Below are positions 52,901 through 64,000 of a DNA stretch of 64,000 bases, in pieces; within the stretch, counting starts at the first letter, position 1; each line of letters begins with the position of its first letter. Position numbers and translations under genes: made by a program. This stretch comes from Octopus sinensis. Taxonomy: Eukaryota. The DNA lies in contig NC_043005.1 of the NCBI RefSeq assembly GCF_006345805.1, forward strand, positions 23,188,001 to 23,252,000, read 5' to 3'. The notes beneath the pieces were generated by a model that ran no database searches, was not told where the DNA came from, and was given only the letters and a program-made list of their open reading frames with translations.

Positions 52901-54912
52901 AGCAAAGACTAGACCTTGTAGAGGTCAGCTTATACTTACTGCTACTCTATTCCAATTCTTTTTTTTTTTATCCATTTAGCACTGGGTTCACTAGTGATGA
53001 GTGACAACAATGGAGAAAAATAGAGGACACTACTGGAAATCCACAACTGTGATTCTTCTCAGTGACAAGATGACAAGATTCAAATGATAGCATGAAAAGA
53101 AAAAATTAATTAATGAGTATTTATCCAGTCCATGCTCTTTGTTGGTGACAAAACAGTTTTTTTTTTCAGACATGGCATTGCTATCCTTGAACAATGAAGG
53201 GGTGGTAAAAAAAGTTTTAAAAGTATTCATGTTCTGGCTTGCTAGGTTAATGCATTTAATTATAGCAGTTGAAACAATAAAATGATTTTAAGAGAGCTGT
53301 CAAGAGAAAACTGAATATTAAATCATGGAAGGCACAACTCTTCAGGGTGATGCTCCTTGTTTTTAGAGAGGGAGAGGGCTTTCTTCTTACAAGTACATTG
53401 ATGTTGTTGTTCTTAGTGAAACTGATTTTTCTGGGGGTAAGTCAACTAGAAAAAAATAGGAGGTGGCACTTTTTATTGGATAAGCAAAGAAAGAAATTGG
53501 AATTAGGTTATCTGGTTTTGGGTTTGTAAGGAAAACTACTATTGCTAAACAACTATGATAACTACCTCAAGGTCAAAGAGGTTGCATTATGCCATTAAAA
53601 GTGGATCTTAAGGAGAGGAACTCAGCATTTTTAATAAGCTGCCATGCTATGACAATGACTTGTAATAAATACAACAAAAATACTTTTTTATGATAGCTTA
53701 CAGTCCTACATCTCAAAAATCCCTAGTAATGATTATGTCCAACCATTTGGTGTCAGGGTAGTTTCTGATTCTGATAGTTGGTTTGGTACAAATTGGTATT
53801 CACTTCCCATCAGGCCTTACCAAAGGAGAGTGTGACCTTTGAACCTTTGAACAAATTGGTATTCACTTCGCTGCCAAAGTAGTATTTTTGTTCTGGGCCA
53901 CAAGGTTTGTTCAAGTTAGGACAAGCCACTTTGGTATGTCTATTTGGCTTGTGTCTGAATGGGTGACCCAACTAAAGTCGATCAGTCTTTGACCTGTGTC
54001 CAAGTAGCATTCAGCTGACCCCACTGGTCATCTATTTTTAGCTAGAGCTATCAAGATGCTTTCTCTTCAGCCTCTACATTAATTTTTGATGGGTCTTCCT
54101 CTGGTCACTCCTTTGATACCCATGGCTCCACAGGCCTTACCAAAGGAGAGACTGAACTTTGAACCTTCTACTCCCTGTCTCCATTGACATGCATCTGCTC
54201 CTGCACCTGTTTCTGCAATTCCTGATACTTTGCTCACTACCTCACTTGCTCTGTTCACCTCAAGGCATAGTTAGTTCCAGCAAAATGAGCTGTCTTGAGG
54301 CATCTGAAACCAAGACAATGTCCGATCTCAACAAGGACGATGTGATTAAGAGATGACTTTTAAGCTGTCCCTCTAGACCAAGTGTCAACTCCCAGTCAAG
54401 TGCTCTAGGAAACAAACAATTACAGCTAGGTCTTTTCCTTTGGTCATTTTCTCATCTCAACAGAAATTATTCCTCTAGCTGTAGTGTGGATGTAACTTTA
54501 ATTGAATCTCTTTGATCTTTAATGTCTTCTGTTGTTCTTTAAAAAAATTGTTTTATAGAATTTAATAAAAATTAGATTTTCTTCTTTTTTTGGTTTTTGT
54601 TTAAGCATTAAAACTGGCAAAGTATGTCCATTACAAAAGCTGTGCAACTTAATTTAAACTTCCCAAACTGAATCTGATTCTTACAGTTCTTTTGGTAATT
54701 GAATTTTGCATCCAACCAAAATAGAAGCCTCTGTATAGTTGTTTGATGTGCTAGAAATAGCAACTGAATTTCTTTAAATAACTCCCTACTGCCTTAAAAC
54801 AGGAAGGATATTTTAGCCAGCATAATCCTAGGTATACAAAAAGATGGGTTAGTCAGAGCTGGAGCATCTTTGACTATAGATCTGCTTGATTGAGATTGAC
54901 TTGGGACTAAAC

Positions 54913-55089
54913 AAGAAGAAGAAGAAGAAGAAGAAGAAGGAGAAGAAGAAGAAGAAGAAGAAGAAGAAGAAGAAGAAGAAGAAGAAGAAGAAGAAGAAGA
55001 AGAAGAAGAACAACAACAACAACAACAACAACGACAATAACAACAACAACAACAACAATAACAGCAACAATAACAACAACAGCAACAAC
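54913..55089. repeat. Compound (GAA)n(CAA/TAA)n trinucleotide microsatellite
   Basis: Direct reading. Confidence 0.95.
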
Positions 55090-55304
55090 CAAAAGAGGCA
55101 TCACATTTCTGTTCAGTAATCTCATCATTTCTGCATCACTCTAAAGTTTAACCATGACACACGATGAAGTAATGCTCTCATATCTGGAATGGTACTACTG
55201 CTACAGCACATATAGACATGCTAGACTGCACCCCCTCCCGCCCCCAATGCCACCAGACAAATTGACCAGAAGTCATTCTCCAACACACTCCAATCTCTGT
55301 CCCT

Positions 55305-55562
55305 CAGGATTATGTGAGCATTATTCGAAATAATTGTTCGAAAACAATTATTCGAAAAACATTTATTCGAATGGACAATTATATTAATGAAAATTATTCA
55401 AAAGGACAATTATATGAAATGTTAATTATTCTAATTTTTTTTATATAAATAAAAATGATAAAATTAAAAATCAAGTACACAAATGAAATTTATTTCAAAT
55501 AACTGTTTTTTGAATAATTGTTTTCAAACAATTGTTTTCGAACAATTTTCATGATACGGTTC
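55305..55562. mobile_element. Foldback-type MITE with reiterated ~14-bp subterminal units
   Basis: AACAATT(A/G)TTCGAA-like units repeated at the left end and, inverted, at the right end. Confidence 0.5.
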
Positions 55563-57445
55563 CACAGACATTTTGTCTTCTCTCTCAACCTTTTCTACTC
55601 TTACTACAATGGCCTCTGCTTTTTGGACTTGATTTATCTCACACCAAGTCCAGTCAGTCTCCCTTGTCTTTCCTTCTGTCATCACTCATATTGTATCTAC
55701 TTCCTACTCCTGCACCAACCATTTCCCCAATTATTTCTCCCCTAAACATTATCTCTCTTCATATGTTGACTTACAGCTGTTAGAAGTGGAACATCAACTA
55801 TGTTAATCTGACTAGTTTCAAATGCCTTTGAAAGCTTCATGTGTACAATCCCACTTCCCAAACAAATAACAAAAATTAAAAAATACATAACACAATAAAT
55901 GATGGATCTACCTTGTGAGTTTAAGTCTTGTTTGTGTTTTCATAATGAAAGTGTTAGCTGTTTCTGTCATGTTTTTTGGCTCCAAGCAGTCTTGATCCAA
56001 CAGTCATATGGTCAAATGTATTATAGTCATAGCCACCCTATATTATTTCCCTGGCATAGTCTATCTAGGACTACATTATCTAATGTGTTCCTCTGTTCCA
56101 TTTTTCTTTCTTTTTTTTTTATTTTTACATTATTTTGAGAAGGAAGGGTAAAAATCTGTGACTCTTTTCAGGCCCTTAAAGTCTAGTGTAGTAGTATTGA
56201 ATCCCAAACCTTGTTGCTGTGAATTGAACCACACAGTTATGCTTATGCCTAAGGATATGATTTTTAAGAATATTCGGTGGCTAAATCTAACATATTGAAC
56301 AGATTGAATTATGATGTAGTGGTTACTTCATTGAAATCGCAAGTGAAGTGCCTATATATCAAAATTACTTTTGCTGGTGAACTCTGCCATGATAGAGTTT
56401 CTAGAAATTCCACTGTCTAGAACAATCCTTTAAGAGCAAAAGTGTTTGGTTTTATCAAGTTTCAAGTACTCTGTAGACAGTTGAGATATTTCAGTTATGC
56501 ACTGCATTGCTTATGGTCAACAGCCCAATAACTGTTTAACTATCTAAGTTTCTGAAATGAGTTTGTTATTAATAAAATTATTATTGTTCTGATTATTAAA
56601 TCTTCTTTAGAGATGAAATACTTTTTTTCATATTTACATTTACTCCATGCACAACACTGCCATTGGCTTAATATGGCTGCCTTTACTGAAAGGCAAAGAC
56701 AGCCATATTGAAGAGCTTATATTTACAATATGCATTTCACAGGAAATATTCTTTTATCAAGGGCAAGAAATAATCAGCTACATTGAATGCTATGCTCATG
56801 CGATGGGGAGGAAATTTTAAAACTAGATGATGTCTTTTCTCAGTTCTGCTGTTTTGTTGGGGTTAGCTCCACGTGTTCTAATTCTTCTTTGATGCAATTT
56901 CTTATAAACGAGTCACTGTAGTGGAGTGTGGCCCAATTGAATATGTCCCTGCTGGGGGATAGGGTGGATATGTTCCTACTTATATTACCTTACAAAATCT
57001 TTTTTATGATTGTAGAGGGTGCTGGTTGGAGTTTTTCTTTATATAAACTGTCTTTATTTGGTTTTCTGTAGTTGTGCTTACCTGTGGTAAGATCTAATGT
57101 CATGGATAAAACATTGATGATTAATGCAGAGAACTATTTTAAAATCAAATTTCTCAACTATGTCACATCTTTCCAAAATTTGTCAATACTACAACTAATT
57201 TTGTGGAGGGAAACTATTAACTTGTCAACTTTATATTATCATATATTGGGTGGGGGTTTATTCTTTCCTTAATGGAGAAGAACAACTAGTTTGTATACTT
57301 CAAATCTACTCAAAGTTCCTTGTTATGCCTTTTATCTCTGAATGAGCCATAGACACACCAAAAAGTTCCTTGATTTGTTTTTTAACTCCAAAAGAATCCC
57401 CATAAGGTAAGAATAACTGCCTACTATTCATTACATTAGTCTTGT

Positions 57446-57535
57446 TAATAATAATAATAATAATAATGATAATAATAATAATGATAATAATAATAATAAT
57501 AATAATAATAATATAATAATAATAATAATAATAAT
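57446..57535. repeat. (AAT)n microsatellite
   Basis: Direct reading. Confidence 0.95.
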
Positions 57536-57599
57536 AAAGCTTTTAAAGAATTCCAAGACTTTTTTGGAGATGCAATTTAGAAATGTATCTGTGAATGTA

Positions 57600-57915
57600 A
57601 GAGCCCTTGCTTGATGACAGACACATCATGGTACACAGAGCTGATCAGGTCCACCACTGCAGTCGAGTTTTTTCTGGTCAGTGTTATAATGAGTCGAGGG
57701 TTTTTCTAAATAAGTTGTTGGTCCTCCACAGAATAAGGGCTACCATCTTAGTTGGTCCTCCACAAAATAGGGGCTGCCATCTTAGTTGGTCCTCCACGGA
57801 ATAGGGGCTGTGATGAGCTGACATACCACAGGTCACCATTAGTCTGGAACCTCCCCAGGAGACTGGCCCACCTAGGGTGGCTATACCAGCAGTGAAGCTC
57901 CAGGTAGTAATGCTC
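57600..57915 (-). mobile_element. RTE 5' UTR remnant with three ~33-bp tandem units
   Basis: Minus strand GAGC...GCCACCCTAGGTGG...GGGGAGGTTCCAGAC resembles RTE 5' UTRs; TTGGTCCTCCAC occurs three times between ~57717 and ~57797. Confidence 0.5.
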
Positions 57916-59142
57916 TTTCAAGTCTATGGAACATATCCAATGGATATGCTATGCTGATTGAAAAGGCTCTGAGGGCGTTTGGTGTGGTCTCTAAGTCTAC
58001 AGAGTGTTTTTGTTTTGAACTACTTAATTATGGCATTGCTCTCTTCCCTTTTAATAATTCTCTGGTGCTTTTAATTTTTAGGCTAATGGAATTAAAGATA
58101 TATTTCCTCAATGTCTTGTGTTTTTTTGTTTTTTTTTATGGGGTGCAGTTGTTAATTTATATTTGGGATTGGACACAAAGGCATCTTTCTAGATCCTATA
58201 TTTTTCAAAAAGCAGCATTCCTGAATCTGGTGCCTTTATAAAGTGAAGAAACTTGAATTCAAATCTTGAGCTGAAATATTATAACATGAATATAGCATTT
58301 CAAATTTCTACTTATCATATTAGTTCTTTCCATAAGCCTCTCCTAACTCTTAATTATTCTAACAATTAATACACAGAATCTGAATGTATTCGTGTTGCAA
58401 ATCTGGTCATAAAAGGTTTACAGTAATATGTAACTTGTACATGACAAGGCAATCCAGCTTGTCATCTATTTTTAATTTTAGGCTAATGAATTTGCTTCAA
58501 AGTTGATTATATTATCCTTTTGTAAATTTAAGTAATGTTGCCTGACAGGAGTTTGGAGTGTGTTGTGCTATCAGCACTATTCAGATTATTATTTTTTTTT
58601 GTTGTTTTTCTGGTAATCATGTGAATGTTGCAGGTGTCTCTGATGGATATGATGTGCTTATTGAGAAGACTCTGGAGGCTATTGGTATGGTCTCTAAATC
58701 TTAAATATTTTATCAGGTTCATTAGGTTGGTCTTAAAGTTTTCAAGATCATCTACCTTTAGGGTTCTGAATCTAAACTTATTACCTGAAGGTGATTAATG
58801 ATAGTTTTTCAGAATAGGTGTGTGTGTATACATATATACACACACATACACACACCACACATGCACACATGCATGCACATATGCACACACACACAAAAAT
58901 TTTGGTACAAGGCCAGTAATTTCAGGGGAGGAGGCAAGTCAATTACATTGACCCCAGTGATAAACTGGTACATATTTTATCGGCCCCCAAAAGGATAAAA
59001 GGCAAAGTTGACCTCAGTGGAATGTGAACTCAGAAACGTAAAGACAGACAAAATGCCACTAAGCATTTCATCTGGTATGCTAACGATTCTGTCAGCTTGT
59101 TGCTTTTATATATATATATATATATATATGTTAATATACATA

Positions 59143-59560
59143 CGAGGGGCGTTCAATAAGTAATGCCCCTGACCCACTTCCCATAGCAGTAGAGCAACGA
59201 AACTTGACACAGTTATTAGTCTTTTTCTACATAGGAACCACCCAGAGTTACGCATTTCTCCCATCGTTTGATGCAGCGCTGGAGACCGTTTTTGTAGAAG
59301 ACCCCAGCTTGGTCTTCCAACCACAACGTGACTTTAGAAATCAAGGCTGCATCATCTGTGAAATGCTTTCCTTTCAAAAAAAAACTTCATGGCTGGGAAG
59401 AGGTGAAAATCAGAGGGTGCAAGGTCAGGAGCGTAGGGGGGATGGGGGAGGAGTTCTTAGCAGCACGCCTGTGCTTCTGATCTGGCGACACGCGAGTTGT
59501 GAACCGGAGCGTTGTCCTGCAGGAGGAAGATGCCTTTGCTGATCTTGCCCCACCTCTTGA
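59143..59560 (-). mobile_element. Mariner-family remnant (transposase C-terminus and one TIR)
   Basis: TA|CGAGGGGCGTTCAATAAGTAATGCC TIR; minus strand reads GKHFTDDAALISK..WLEDQAGVFYKNGLQRCIKRWEKCV.LGGSYVEKD*. Confidence 0.75.
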
Positions 59561-60086
59561 TTTTGATATCTATAGAGGGAACGTCTCTGATACCTCTTTA
59601 CTTATATCTTGAAATAACTGTTGAAGCCGTTAGTTATGGTTCAATATCTGACATGACTCCCATCTCTTTCTCACATGAATACCAATATGACTCTCCTAGA
59701 TCTAATTTTTTCTGCTCTTTTCCTCTTTTTTAAGTTCCTTGTATTATAGTTTCTTTCCTCCCTGCACTGAAGAGTATGTTGATATTTATTTTATTTAATT
59801 CAATCATGAATTTATATTATTATATCTCTGTACAAAATGATTGTCTGCAAGAATTAAACTCCTTATAAATTTTAACAACTTGTTTTCTCCATTCTTAACA
59901 AAATTGATGGGATATATGGAACTTAATTCCATAAATTCATCATACATTATATACAAGTACTACTTCCATATCTTTGCAAATTCACGCCTGTAAACTCCCA
60001 GCAAAGTATGAAGAATCAACATTGGAAATCTTTTTTGGAAACTTCCAATTAAAGGATGAATCCACATTCAACCTTCATACACCTAT

Positions 60087-60135
<49 letters not shown>

Positions 60136-60339
60136 TACACACACACACACACATACATACATACATATATACACACACACACACATGCACACACACACAC
60201 ACACATATGTATGTACATGTATATACATATATGGATCATCAGTGAATCATATATCTGTAAAAGAAGCACCCTCTAAATCAGGAGCAGTGAAGTATCTATA
60301 AGATGTTAATTATATGGCTGACAAGCTGTCTATAAGGCT

Positions 60340-62960
60340 AAGTGCTTTACAGATGCAAAACCATTCGTCACTCTATGACCAGCCGTATAATTAATTTCCT
60401 ATAAATGTTAAGAGCATAATAGGAAGTTCCTGTAGAACAACTTACTGAGGGCTCCAGACCAAATCTGTGGCTAGTGCAAATCCATAACCAGGCTGAGGAT
60501 GACATGGTAGTGGAACAAGAAGGTAGACAGTGCTATAAAAGCAAAGCGACAGGCCTGGAAAGACTGAAAAATGGTGGTAGTTGAGAATTACATCAGGTAG
60601 TAAGAAAGGAAGCTAGGGAACAAGTTAACATAAAAGAAGTAGAAAGTAAGAGATTTGCCAATGTTCTACAGCTTGAGGATCAGAGTCATGCGGTGTTCAG
60701 GATTGCATAGCAGTGTGTCAGAGAGAATAGAGATGTGGTGGGTGAGAAATGTGTGCAAATAGCTAAAGGTTTTTTTTTGCGACTCTGAAAAGAAAGAGGT
60801 TTGGAAGTGCTACTATGAAAGATAGTTAACTGTGGGACATGAATAGTAGAAAGAGAGCCTTCTCTATGTGAACCTAACTGAGGAACCAGCTATTTGAGTT
60901 GAAAGCAGTATGATAGATAAGGCAATTAAGGATTTGTAGACAGGGAAAGCCCCTAGTCCATTGGGTGTTACTGCTGAGATGCTTAAAATATCTGGTTGGG
61001 TAGGATACGGTCTGGTTATCTGGAAAGTTAATCAGGTTATTCAGGAAGGTGTCATCCTCAATGACTGGTATAGCAGCGTTATAGTCAGCTACTACAAAGG
61101 CAAGGGACATGCTTTAGATAGAAGTTATTACTGAGGCATGAAATTGCTTGGCCAAGTCATGAAGGTTACAGAAAATTAGAAACAGAATCAGGTTAGATGA
61201 AATACACTTTGGCTTTGTGCTGGGAGAAGCACAACTGACACTATCTTCATAGTCAGACAACTGCAGGAGAAGTATTTGGCTAAGAATAAACCATTGTACT
61301 TGACATTTGCTGACTTGGAGAAAGCTTTCAACAGAGTACCTCACTGTATGAAATGGTGGGTCCTGATAAAGCTAGGGATAGCTGAGTGGCTTGTGAAAGC
61401 CTGTACAGGCCTTGTTCAGAGGTTCTGTCAGGGAGGTAAGAGTTAGCCATGAGTATAGTGATGAATTTAGTGTACAGATAGGTGTTCACAAGGGTTTGGT
61501 TCTCATTTCCCTCCTATTCAATCTTTGGTTTCCAGGCGACTTGCTAGTAAACAAGAAAACAGACAGGACCCTACACCCATCAGGTAAATGACCCTGTCCA
61601 GTATGTAGGAAAGGTGTAGACAGGAATTTCATATGGTGTGTCCAGTGTAAGGTATGGACACACAAAAGGTGCAGTAGAATAAGAGGAGAGTTAACAGAGA
61701 AAGTAATGTTTGTGTGTGGAAGATGCACAGGAGCCATAAAATCTATATAAATACACAGGAAATTGATTTTCTCAAACGTCCTGGAAGATCTCTAGAGGTA
61801 GTGGGTAATTTCTGCTTCCTAGGTGACCCAATCAGTAATGGAGGAGGATGTGCTGAGAGTGTAATCACTAAAATAAGAATCGGATGGAGAAAATTCAAAG
61901 AGCTTTTATCTCTGTTGGCAACCAAAGGTCTCTCTCTCTCTCTCTCTTCAAGTAAAAAGAAGATTGTATGATGTATGTATACAGACAGCAATATTACATG
62001 GTAGTGAGATGCGGGTCCTGATTGCAGAGGGTGTGTGAAGACTAGGGAGGAAGGAAGCTTGTATGCTTTGCTGAATGTGTAATGTCAGTGTACATGTATA
62101 ACACAGTGCTAGTGTGCTGAGAGCAATGTTAGACGTAAGAGGAATTAGCTGTGGTGTGCAAGAAAGAAGACAGAACTGTTTTGGTCATGTGATTTGTATG
62201 GATGAGGACAGTTGCATAAAGAAGTGCTGATCGCATAAAATGGACCGAAGTTGGGTTAAAAGGAGACCAGAAAGACATGGGATGAAGCATTGAAAGCTGA
62301 TCTCAAGTTACTGAACCTTACAAAGGAGAAAACGAAGAACAGAGATATCTGGTACCATGTTGTACTCAGGAAGACTCGTCCACCACAGCAGAACTGATAT
62401 CCTAAAACCACCTTGGTAATGCTTGTCCATGAGGGCCCCTGCCCCAGCCACAGCTCCATCCTCTCTGCCTTGTCAACCATTTCCCCACAACATTTCACCC
62501 CCTAATACCCATCATTTCTCTATCACCTGAGAGCAGAATAGGCACATACTACATCTCCCTGCTTTATCAGATACCTTCCTTCCCCCTCCCTGAACCACTG
62601 CCATTTCCCATTATCTTCCCTTGCCAACTGCCTCCTCCTCTCTGTGTCTTCTCTCCCCTGTGCTGTTCTCCATCACTTATCTGCTATCACCCTCAATACT
62701 TTCACATGTCCATCGCAACCCCCACTCTCTAGTCTCTCCTCTATTTCTCTCCATTATTTTACTACACTTACCTCTATCATGCCCTCTCACCCAATCCAAA
62801 CTTTTATCACCCCACTTATTCTAATTCCCCCCCCCCACATCCCTTGAAGGCATGTCCCTTACACATCTTTGCCACCATCTCTCTTACTATTGCCCTCTTT
62901 ATTTGACTCTCTGATTCACCTGCTTTCTTTATCTTACTCTCTAACTCACCCACTTTTCTC
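60340..62960 (+). mobile_element. Degraded RTE LINE: linker, RT, PHD insertion, C-terminus and pyrimidine-rich 3' UTR
   Basis: TGKAP, VRQLQEKYLAKNKPLY, DLEKAFNRV and CFLGDPISNGGGCAES motifs; C/T-rich tail after 62400. Confidence 0.9.
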
Positions 62961-64000
62961 TTCCAACTAGGGTATCCATGTATCTACTCTACAGCAAGAC
63001 ACCTTTCTCTGTCCCTCTTTACCTTTAATCTCTCATCAAGTGGCACAAAACCACTCTACTCAATACTACTCCCAACTTCCAGTTGAGTGGGGGTTTGTCC
63101 TGCAAGTTACTTGATGACCCAGTCAGTAATGAAGCCATGTAGAAAGCACAGATCTTTTCTGTTTTACTGCCACTTTTCAATTTCTTCAATTTTGTTCCTA
63201 TTGATTTCAAATTTGGTGTATTGATGTAGATCTGTATGATAATTATTGGCATGAAATTCATTTTTGCCACAAATTAAAAAAAAAAACAGTTAATAGCTTT
63301 TAAAGTTTGCAAATTTTGAGTAACTTTAACCAATCAAAAACCAGACATAAAGGTGCCTGTTTCAATAGTAACAAGCCAACCATTGGAGAGTTCCACGTAT
63401 GTTTATGAAAAACCACGTGTGTCTTACGATTGCAGTCACATACAAAATGACAGCTTCCAAATCCTGTTTATTGACTGGGTAAAAATGATCAAAAACCTGT
63501 GTAACTTTAAAAAAAAGTTTCTGAAACAAGTGAATTAGGCCCTGATATTCATCAAGAAAAATCTCATCAATACACCAAATTTCAAAATTTTCACTTAATT
63601 TTAAAATTTCAAAAAGTGCAACCAAACAGATAAGATCCAAAAGCACTGTTGCTGAGGCCATGTAAAAGGTACTGGTGCTGGTACAACATAAAAAGCAACC
63701 AATGAACTCTGTAAAGTGGTTGGCATTAAGAAGGGCATCCAGCCCTAGAAACCATGTCAAAACAGACAATGGGGCCTTGTTTCTAGTGCTAAAGCCAAAA
63801 TCTCTTTGCACACCATAAAATCTATTGGAGTGTTGCCTAATATGACCATTGAAGCCGCCAGCTATGAATAATAAGGTAATTTTCTTTTTTTATTGAGATA
63901 GTCTGCTGAAAGGATTCATAGAAACAGTCCTTCTGTTCAACAGCTTGTCCAGCATGTGGAGCATAGCAGAGATTTACATTATACAAAACTATTCTTAACC

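Noticed and set aside
54849-55128. Poly-Leu, poly-Phe and poly-Lys/Asn ORFs
   Set aside because: Translations of trinucleotide microsatellites. The same applies to the many YIYI, THTH and CVCV ORFs elsewhere in the track.

Overview
AT-rich, microsatellite-dense eukaryotic DNA. The repeat families resemble those I recall from octopus (coleoid cephalopod); this is not database-checked. Most of the window is transposon debris: RTE-clade LINEs (including a BovB-like one), L1/Tx1 and CR1/L2 remnants, Tc1, mariner and DD37D transposons, hAT/piggyBac/Helentron-like non-autonomous elements and tRNA-derived SINEs. The only host coding sequence I recognise is a 43-nt first coding exon (26194-26236, minus strand, MPLFGNSGSFDPDV, phase-1 GTAAGT donor) matching the N-terminus of STAM (ESCRT-0). 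I could not find its exon 2 anywhere to the left. CpG dinucleotides are visibly retained in three islands (~7.1-9.9 kb, ~20.8-27.5 kb, ~45.3-47.9 kb), and each holds a minus-strand ATG exon ending in phase 1. Best leads: (i) a possible set of alternative first exons, one encoding a signal-peptide-like leader; (ii) a 132-bp nested palindrome in the presumed STAM intron 1; (iii) a complete 378-bp bipartite RTE-derived retroposon with a 12-bp TSD and a structured 5' end; (iv) a C4HC3 PHD finger inside the RT region of the RTE LINEs. There are no CRISPR arrays, rRNA genes or intact tRNA genes. Boundaries of degraded repeats are approximate.
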